From positions 1-6,947 of the forward strand of contig NW_021829162.1 in NCBI RefSeq assembly GCF_006345805.1: a stretch of 6,947 nt of DNA, read 5' to 3'. Under the pieces are notes generated by a model that worked only from the letters and a program-made list of their open reading frames with translations, was not told where the DNA came from and did no database searches. Shown here piece after piece: positions 1 through 6,490 of the stretch. Origin of the DNA: Octopus sinensis. Lineage: Eukaryota. The position numbers and the translations under genes were made by a program. Numbering within the stretch: the stretch's first letter is position 1; every line of letters starts with the position of its first letter.

Positions 1-194
1 ATGTATATACAAAATACACATAAATGTATGTGCGCATGTGCGTGTGCTAACATATCCATCTATGTATCTACATATATAAGAGTGTGTGTATGTGTGTATG
101 TGTATGTATAGTGTTGCACACGTTATACGTAGTATACATAAGATATGGAAAATATAGTTTATAAACATATATACATATACATATATATACATAT

Positions 195-243
<49 letters not shown>

Positions 244-315
244 ATGCGTATACACATACATACGTACACCCACACAATGACACACACACACACACAAACA
301 CACATACAAGCACAC
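1..315. repeat. Compound (TA)n/(TG)n/(CA)n low-complexity microsatellite field
   Basis: Directly visible: near-pure (TA)n ~191-234, (CA)n ~281-297, interrupted TG/TATG units 20-115. Confidence 0.9.
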
Positions 316-504
316 AAAAGCAGAAAATGCACGTACATAAATACATGTCTACAGACTTAGAGCATATATTTACATTCTGTTGTTCGCATTCGGATTACAT
401 GCATACACGAACGAACCTGACAAGAGATATTTTTTTCCAATTGCAGAAAAGACTCGTAAATACATGTACATAGTCAGATAGACATTTACATATTCACACG
501 CATA

Positions 505-578
505 CCTATACGTGTGCACGCGTGAATGTGTGCATATATAAATATAAATATACATATAGGTGGCAAATATACTTTACA

Positions 579-616
<38 letters not shown>

Positions 617-662
617 ACGTGTGTACTTATGTATATGATATATGTATGTATTATATATAGAT

Positions 663-705
<43 letters not shown>

Positions 706-766
706 GTGTGTGTGGGTGTTGTGTGTGGTGTGTGTGTGTGTGTAGGTATGTGTGTGTGTATGTATG

Positions 767-808
<42 letters not shown>

Positions 809-900
809 GTGTAAAAAATAAAATATATGCATACATACATACATATATGTTCGTACGTACATCTACATGTATATATACATGCATATATAAATATATATAC
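505..900. repeat. Compound (TG)n/(TA)n/(TATG)n microsatellite field
   Basis: (TG)n ~590-615, (AT)n 671-700, degenerate (TG)n 701-760, (TA)n 771-804, (TACA)n ~830-845. Confidence 0.92.
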
Positions 901-1120
901 GTGAGTACAGGACACCACAATTGGGCGTAGAACATAATGAGAAACGAAAACGAAAAAACAAGCCTGGAACGGACCTTTTTTTTAACAACGAAAGAACTGT
1001 GTACAAGACAAACTACACAAGGAAAAATCCCCTTCATCAGCTGTCCCTAGTTCAACTCCAGCGTGTTTCGAAGGTGCGGACAGAACACGACTCGTCGAAC
1101 TGGCCCTTCCTGCAAAAATT
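901..1120 (-). mobile_element. Possible decayed interspersed repeat carrying hammerhead-core-like words (Penelope-like terminal-repeat relic?)
   Basis: Complex-sequence island between two TA-rich tracts. The minus strand carries CGAAAC (1070-1065) and an exact CTGATGA (1040-1034) followed by a small hairpin. Family assignment is inference only. Confidence 0.3.
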
Positions 1121-1154
1121 AAATATATATACATATATATTTATTTTTTTATTT

Positions 1155-1276
1155 TTAAGAGCGGTCGGGTTCATTTTTAGTATTCTAGTTTGTGAGAGCA
1201 GTCGATATTTTTATTTCGGACGAGAGGAAGCTGGTGTTGCCTTGGCGGTGGTTTGCGCTCTCTGAGTGCTCTTGTT
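1155..1276 (+). mobile_element. Probable 3' end of a non-autonomous Helentron/DINE-1-like (HINE-type) element
   Basis: CCTTGGCGGTGGT (1240-1252, subterminal-repeat-like), then hairpin GCGCTC-TCT-GAGTGC (1255-1269), then TCTTGTT. This matches the subTIR + stem-loop + T-rich end layout of such elements. I found no matching 5' subTIR in the window, and the left boundary is approximate. Confidence 0.45.
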
Positions 1277-1376
1277 AATGTTTATTTTTATGTTATGATA
1301 AAAACAATTTTAAAATAATGTGAAGCATTACTCAATACATTTGGTAGAGTACAAATTTATTATTCATTAAGAAGAA

Positions 1377-1452
1377 TGGCATTGACAATGATTTCGAAAC
1401 TTGAGTCAGCTAAACTGTCCGATAATGGCTCAGCTGCCTGAAACGTCGAAGT
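1377..1452 (+). other. Tandem pair of degenerate minimal hammerhead-ribozyme-like motifs
   Basis: Unit 1: TTGACAA(1382-1388)..CGAAAC(1395-1400)TTGA-GTC. Unit 2: CCGATAA(1419-1425)-T-GGC-tcagct-GCC-T-GAAACGTC(1440-1447). The order matches CUGANGA/stem II/GAAA/short stem III/GUC, but each core has 2 mismatches. Confidence 0.3.
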
Positions 1453-1483
1453 CGCTTTCAATACTACCAATGTTAAAGGATAA

Positions 1484-1575
1484 TATATATACACGTGTGT
1501 GTGTGTATGTGTGTTTGTGTGTGTGTGTGTGTGCGTGTGTGTGTGTGTGTGCGTGTGCGCGCGCATGTATGTATG
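1484..1575. repeat. (TG)n/(CG)n/(TATG)n compound microsatellite
   Basis: Directly visible alternating purine-pyrimidine tract. Confidence 0.92.
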
Positions 1576-1854
1576 ATTTTTTCTTTGAGTTTAATTTAAG
1601 TTCTTGAAAGAGTTGAAACCTGTTGCTAACAAAAGAACAAGACTTTTTGAGTTAAGAGAGTAAAGATGTGGTTGAGTTGGTGGCTAGGCTGAACCACACC
1701 CAAGTGTGTGCATCTATTCATATAAGAATCGCAGATGGTGAATTTCTGGAATGTTTTCAGTGCCACTAATAGATTGGATTTGGAGAAACTGCGTCAGTTA
1801 CTTTTACTCTTTTTCCATAAAACCACGTGTTTCTAGGATTTTGTGCAAATTTGC

Positions 1855-1888
1855 ATGTATGTATGTATGTATGTATGTATGTATGTAT
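1855..1888. repeat. (ATGT)n tetranucleotide microsatellite
   Basis: About 8 consecutive ATGT units. Confidence 0.95.
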
Positions 1889-2249
1889 ATGGTGGTTGAT
1901 CCATCTTTACAGTTGACTGCCGTCTCCCTGTGCTTCCTTGATGGCATTTCTGGCTTTCCATCTATGGCATCTCAGATGACTCTTCGGTCCAGTTGAACAT
2001 CTGTAAGGTCCAGAGCAAAGGTGACGGACAAAAATTGTATCTTACTACTTTTTTGTATCTTCAACTGGGTAAGTCTGCAGAGGTCACCCTCTTCTATCAC
2101 CATAGAACTTTCAGTAGATCGGATGACAAATGAGGTCAGCATAAAAAAGGCATTCTACACATTATTGGATTATAGTGATAAACGCTTGTACAACACAAGT
2201 ACCACCCTCTGGGTCTCCGAGTGTAGTACTGAGCGACAGTGGAGGCGCA

Positions 2250-2260
2250 TGGCTTAGTGG
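2250..2260 (+). promoter_or_regulatory. RNA polymerase III internal promoter A box (SINE)
   Basis: TGGCTTAGTGG matches the TRGCNNARYGG consensus. Confidence 0.8.
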
Positions 2261-2293
2261 TTAGGGTGTTGGACTCATGATCGTAAAACTGAG

Positions 2294-2304
2294 GCTTCGA
2301 TTCC
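2294..2304 (+). promoter_or_regulatory. RNA polymerase III B box, degenerate (SINE)
   Basis: GCTTCGATTCC vs consensus GGTTCGANNCC (one mismatch at a conserved G), at tRNA-like spacing from the A box. Confidence 0.7.
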
Positions 2305-2699
2305 TAGACCGGGTGACACGTTGTGTTCTTGAGCAAAACACTTCATTTCACGTTGCTCTAGTCCACTCAGCTGGCAAAAGTGAGTTATCCAGCGAGGGAC
2401 CATCGCCCCATCCAGGTGGGGAATTTATATGCTATGCAAATCGGGAAAGCGGCTCTTGAGTCGGCAATACTCGAGAAGGTAACATTATTTTTTACCTAGT
2501 GGCCGGTCAAGCCGAAGCGAAGTGACCAGTAATCACGTGAAACTGCAAGTTTAACATCAGATTGCCCCTCTCCCAGAGGGATACTATGACATCAGTCAAG
2601 AATCCCTCGTTCCTGGTGGTTTTACGGCGCACCTAGACACCATCCTAGTATTTTTTGCAACCCGCCCTCAATTAGAATGTCAGCATATATGCTAGTTAA

Positions 2700-2855
2700 C
2701 CCATAACTAAAACCCTCACAAGTGTTATTGCTTCAGGTCAGAGTAAATCTGGGGACAATAATGGTGAAAAGGTGGGTCCACATCTCTCAAAATCGTAGAA
2801 CTCCCGGGCTAGAATCCCACTAATGGATGCAGTATAAAGTCAAACGCAGCACATT
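2700..2855. repeat. Probable old, diverged interspersed repeat fragment (unclassified)
   Basis: The string GGTCAGAGTAAATCTGGGGACAATAATGGTGAAAAGGTGGGTCCACATC...GATGCAGTATAAAGTCA resembles, from memory only, an abundant octopus interspersed repeat. No internal structure confirms it. Confidence 0.3.
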
Positions 2856-2856
2856 C

Positions 2857-2960
2857 ATGTGTGTGTGTGTATGTGCGTGTAAATACACACACACACACAC
2901 ACATACATATACATGTATATACTTTCGTATGTATGTATGCATGTATGCATTTATATGTGT
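2857..2960. repeat. (TG)n-(CA)n-(TATG)n compound microsatellite
   Basis: TG tract 2857-2880, CA tract 2885-2903, TATG units 2928-2950. Confidence 0.9.
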
Positions 2961-3130
2961 TTTAAAAAGTTTGTCGGAAACATAGGTTGAAGAAAACGAG
3001 GAATATTCGTCGACATCTGAATATTTTCAAACAAATAGAATAAAAATGTATAACGCAATGACTCTATCACATTTGATTCACTTGTCATAACGTTAAGTCC
3101 AGAAATTTAGAAAGAAATTGTTAAAGTGAA

Positions 3131-3167
3131 TGTGTATGTGTGTGAGAGAGAGAGAAAGAAAGAAAGA
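3131..3167. repeat. (TG)n(GA)n(GAAA)n short compound microsatellite
   Basis: Directly visible. Confidence 0.85.
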
Positions 3168-3855
3168 CGTCGTACTTAGGAAGTTATTGGCAATAACTAA
3201 AGAATAAAAATATTCACGTCACAGAATCGTTAGTGCTCTTCAGAATGATATACTGCAAACGCAATAATTAATTGAGGCTATATGAGTCGGCCATTGATTG
3301 TTCTGGTCGTCTGCCTATATTATTGTCTACACAGCAGTAGTGGGGAAGATGGCAGCGAATTAGTAGTTTAGATTCCGCGATCAAATCTAACCATGGTTAT
3401 CTGTTTCTGTCATGGATCGTTAAATAAGTACCAATCAAATTATTGGAAAGATCTAATCAAATATATTCGCCCAGGAAGGTTAAAGTCACATGCCTATAGC
3501 AGAAATCATTATTTTTGCAGGTGCCAATATTTATTGCGTTGGATGCTATACGTATTGAATATACGGGCACACACGCACGCACACACACACAGAAAAATAA
3601 TTGAAAATATCTTTCATCTAAAAAATTGTATGTTTTTATCGCTTCAGAATTATAAGTTGTAAAAAAATTAGTCGAGATTAAATTTCAATGTATTTTTACT
3701 AACATTCATTTTCTAATAAATATAAAAACAGATAACCTGAAAATGAACTGATAATATATTTCAATTAAAAAATAATTTGTTCTTGCGATTAAAAAAAAAG
3801 TAGTCGGCGTTGGGTTACTATGTAATTCTGTTTTTGTTTTTTGTTTTTTTTTAGT

Positions 3856-3872
3856 GGGGGGGGGGGGGGGGG
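3856..3872 (+). repeat. G17 homopolymer preceded by a T-rich tract
   Basis: 17 consecutive G, following (GTTTTT)n at ~3827-3852. Confidence 0.95.
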
Positions 3873-4058
3873 TTACAAATGTGCATTTCGACGAATATCC
3901 CTTTCGATCAAATTGTTTGTTTTGTTTTGTTGCGTTTCGTTTCTCTTTGCTTGAATTTTCTTTTTTGCTTTTGAGATGCTATAGACGTATGGAAAAGCAG
4001 TGGCTGTGCTGAGTGAGGTGGAATATGGAGAGAAAGAAGTGTTACGAAGACAAGACGG

Positions 4059-4172
4059 GACAGACAGACAGACAGACAGACAAATATATAGATATATAGA
4101 TAAATAGATAGATAGATAGACAATCAGAAGTCAGACAGACAGGCAGGCAGACAGACAGACAGACAGACAGAC

Positions 4173-4234
<62 letters not shown>

Positions 4235-4273
4235 ATAGACAGACAGACAGACAAACAGACAGCTAGATAGATC

Positions 4274-4307
<34 letters not shown>

Positions 4308-4355
4308 TAGACAAATAGACAGACAGACAGATAGATAGATAGATAGATAGATATG

Positions 4356-4431
<76 letters not shown>
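4059..4431. repeat. Compound (GACA)n/(GATA)n tetranucleotide array
   Basis: About 370 bp of alternating GACA and GATA blocks, ending in a pure GATA run that abuts the retrotransposon 3' end. Confidence 0.97.
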
Positions 4432-4432
<1 letters not shown>

Positions 4433-4437
4433 GTTTC

Positions 4438-4443
4438 TTTATT
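4438..4443 (-). terminator. AATAAA polyadenylation-signal-like hexamer at the element 3' end
   Basis: TTTATT on +; conserved at the same position in copy 2 (6081-6086) and copy 3 (6413-6418). Confidence 0.7.
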
Positions 4444-4878
4444 GGCCACACAGGGCTGCACACAGATGGGACAAGTTACAAGGTAGAGTTTTTCTTTTGG
4501 GGGATGAAAAAAACACAAAACAAAAAACAAAAGAAACAAAAAAAGGTGGTGTATGGTTTTCGATTAAAAGGGATCGTAAAAGGGAAAAAAAGAACAAAAA
4601 AAAAGAAAAAAGGGAAAAAAGAAAAAGGAAAAGGAACAAAAGAAAAGAGAAATGAAAAAAAGAAGAAAAAAGGGGAAAAAAAGGGGAAGAGGAAAAAAAA
4701 CCCTCAATAGGGATCGTGTATCACAGTGTTATGATGTATGGTGTAAAGGGGACAGCAAGTAAGGTTTATCCGTGGGAAGAAAAGCCTACGAAAAAGACCA
4801 CGATAACCTTGGTCAATATTGTTATATGTTACCACATTTGTTTGCAAGTGGGTAACCCTCTGTTTTCAATTTCTGGGT

Positions 4879-5985
4879 TCATAGAATTATGCTCAAGGTG
4901 GCTTCGTCATTCATACGTGCCATCCTTGCTACATTCACCCATCTTCTTTTAAAGCATTCGCTAGACAAAACTTGTCTCTCTACTCTCACTTTCCTTTTCA
5001 GGTGGTACTTGAAGAAGTTGATGAGAGATTGACCAGAGAGGAAAGTGTTTGTCTCCAATCCTTTCAGGCGCGTCTACAAGATACGTTCCTTCGCCATAGC
5101 CACAAGGATGATGAAAATAGCTCTTCCTTCCCGTTTGAAGGAAGGAGGCGTGACAATATTGACGATAGACTCAGCTAATAAACCGACTCGTCCCACACGT
5201 GACAGCAGTTGTTCGACATACGCCCACAGGTCGGAAATTGTTGGACACTGAACGAGTGCGTGCAGAACGGTTTCGTCGCTCTTACCGCATCTCGGGCAGG
5301 TCGGCCCCGTGTTTCTCGAGCCGTGTCTGTAGAGCTTATCCCGAACGGGTAGCGCTACTCGGTAGCACTGCCAGGCCATGGATCTCTGGAAGTTGTCCAT
5401 GGGCCCTGGCCCGAAAGTCGTCCCGAACAGGCGGGTCAGGTACTCCTCGTCGACGTCCAGGTTCGCCCCGAGCTCGTCGTCGTACCTCCCCTCCACTAAT
5501 CCCCTATAGAATGCTTTGGTTGTGATGGAGTCACTCAAGGTCGACCCAGGACGGCAGAGTTGCTTGAGAGCAACGCGACACTCGCGATGCTATTCGCCCT
5601 TCCTCGGCCTCTTTTTGATCCACGACTGCAATTCGGTCATGGAGACGAGCTGCGGGAAAGCGTGCCTCACAAACGGCGACCACACCTGTTCACCGTCGTC
5701 TACGAAGAGCCTGAGATGTCGCAGTCTCAGCGCGTGTCTGCGCATCATCAACCACGACATGCCCAGTCCTCCTTTTAACGGGTGTTGACAGCAAATGGAT
5801 CACCTGACCATCGGGACGCATCCTTTCCACAAGAAGGGAAAGATAATGCGTTCTAGTTTGGTGATGGTAGGGTCGGGACAAGGCACGACGGTCAGGCGGT
5901 AGTAGATGACGGACGCGATGTACGTGTTCGCCACCTCCGCCCGACCTTTTAGGGACAGTTTCCTCTCGGCCCATTGCCGGGCGAG
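4879..5985 (-). pseudogene. Disrupted ORF2 C-terminal region (post-RT/thumb region plus zf-RVT-type zinc knuckle) of a Tx1/L1-like element
   Basis: Manual translation gives one frame of 369 codons with no frameshift: LARQWAERKLSLKGRAEVANTYIASVIYYRLTVVP...FLWKG...HPLKGGLG...AWQCYRVALPVRDKL...CPRCGKSDETVLHALVQC...LW...I(L*)TR...FKRRWVNV...SIIL*. WxxRxLSLxGR, FLW, PxxGGLG and CX2CX8HX4C (5298-5245) are characteristic L1/Tx1 ORF2 motifs. Premature stops at 5802-5800 (TGA), 5592-5590 (TAG) and 5076-5074 (TAG); probable true stop at 4881-4879. The endonuclease and RT catalytic core are absent. Confidence 0.93.
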
Positions 5986-5986
<1 letters not shown>

Positions 5987-6046
<60 letters not shown>

Positions 6047-6070
6047 TATAGATAGATAGATAGATAGATA
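5987..6070. repeat. (GATA)n array between copy 1 and copy 2
   Basis: Nearly pure GATA run, about 21 units with one TATA variant. Confidence 0.97.
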
Positions 6071-6258
6071 TGTTATCTTCTTTATTAGCCACACAGGGCT
6101 GCACACAGATAGAACAAATTACAAGGTAGAGCTTTTCTTTTGAAGGTTTAAAAAAAAAAAAAAAAGGAAGGGGGAGTTTCGATCAAAAGGGATCGTAAAA
6201 GAACAGAAAGAGGACAAAAAAAGGGGCGTTAAAAAAAAGGGGGAGAGGAAAAAAAAAA
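6071..6258 (-). mobile_element. Severely 5'-truncated second copy of the same retrotransposon (3' UTR only)
   Basis: 6081-6142 matches 4438-4499 at 57/62 positions. It also shares TTTCGAT(T/C)AAAAGGGATCGTAAAAG and the GGGG-AGAGGAAAAAAAA block (copy 1 ~4683-4700), then stops at (GATA)n. Confidence 0.9.
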
Positions 6259-6265
6259 GATAGAC

Positions 6266-6320
<55 letters not shown>

Positions 6321-6366
6321 CAGACAGACAAATAGACAGGCACATAGACAGACAGACAGATAAATC

Positions 6367-6406
<40 letters not shown>
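6259..6406. repeat. (GATA)n/(GACA)n array grading into (GA)n
   Basis: GATA/GACA to ~6382, (GA)n 6383-6406. Confidence 0.96.
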
Positions 6407-6440
6407 TGTTTCTTTATTAGCCACACAGGACTGAACAAAG
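6407..6440 (-). mobile_element. Third, minimal (~34 bp) copy of the retrotransposon 3' terminus
   Basis: GTTTCTTTATTAGCCACACAGGACTGAACAAAG aligns with copy 1 GTTTCTTTATTGGCCACACAGGGCTGCACACAG (4433-4465); flanked by (GA)n on both sides. Confidence 0.8.
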
Positions 6441-6490
6441 AGAGAGAGAGAGAGAGGTGGGGAGAGAGAGAGATAAGATAGATAGATGAG
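6441..6490. repeat. (GA)n/(GATA)n degenerate tract
   Basis: Directly visible right-hand end of the purine-rich array. Confidence 0.85.

Larger units (their letters stand above)
2241..2494 (+). mobile_element. tRNA-derived SINE with CORE-like central domain
   Basis: tRNA-like head GGCGCATGGCTTAGTGGTTAGGGTGTTGGACTCATGATC...GCTTCGATTCC, then GTGTTCTTGAGCAAAACACTTCATTTCACGTTGCTC (resembles the CORE-type GTGNCCTTGGGCAAGNCACTTAAC block), a 3' body and an AT-rich tail at ~2481-2494. No clear TSD; the 3' boundary is approximate. Confidence 0.85.
4432..5986 (-). mobile_element. 5'-truncated non-LTR retrotransposon, L1/Tx1 group (copy 1)
   Basis: ORF2 C-terminal remnant (5985-4879), ~445 nt 3' UTR with a U-rich stretch, and AATAAA at 4443-4438. 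GC/CpG-rich coding part in an AT-rich background; both ends abut (GATA)n. Confidence 0.92.

Noticed and set aside
68-1037. Many overlapping 60-128 aa ORFs rich in YI/HT/CV repeats
   Set aside because: Translations of (TA)n, (CA)n and (TG)n microsatellites, which lack stop codons; no protein-like content.
921-1265. 114 aa plus-strand ORF
   Set aside because: Non-ATG start, crosses a (TA)n tract and two unrelated repeat fragments, no recognisable domain.
1913-2068. Possible exon: CTTTACAG acceptor at 1912 and strong G/GTAAGT donor at 2069
   Set aside because: All three frames contain stops, so it is not a coding exon; a non-coding exon cannot be supported without transcript data.
2244-2315. 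tRNA gene
   Set aside because: Acceptor and anticodon stems pair poorly, the B box is mutated and the sequence runs into a SINE body; treated as a SINE head.
2857-2908. 24-bp inverted repeat (21/24) with a 4-nt spacer, a potential cruciform
   Set aside because: Simply adjacent (TG)n and (CA)n tracts, expected in such microsatellite-dense DNA.
3393-3662. 89 aa ATG-initiated ORF
   Set aside because: AT-rich, includes a CA repeat, no motif or convincing splice context.
3908-4710. ORFs with LSIY/LSVC repeats and a lysine-rich ORF (4504-4710)
   Set aside because: Translations of GATA/GACA arrays and of the A-rich antisense of the retrotransposon 3' UTR.
4972-5788. Plus-strand ORFs of 68-108 aa overlapping the retrotransposon
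   Set aside because: Antisense shadows of a GC-rich coding frame; the conserved motifs are all on the minus strand.
4438-6258. Direct repeats 4438-4700 and 6081-6258 read as LTRs flanking the ORF
   Set aside because: No TG...CA ends, PBS or PPT; the protein is L1/Tx1-type; the ORF is broken mid-domain and separated from the second repeat by (GATA)n; a third shorter copy exists. Serial 5'-truncated insertions explain it better.
4433-6440. CRISPR-like array from the three ~30-nt repeats
   Set aside because: Spacing is irregular (about 1640 and 330 bp), the context is eukaryotic, and no cas genes are present.
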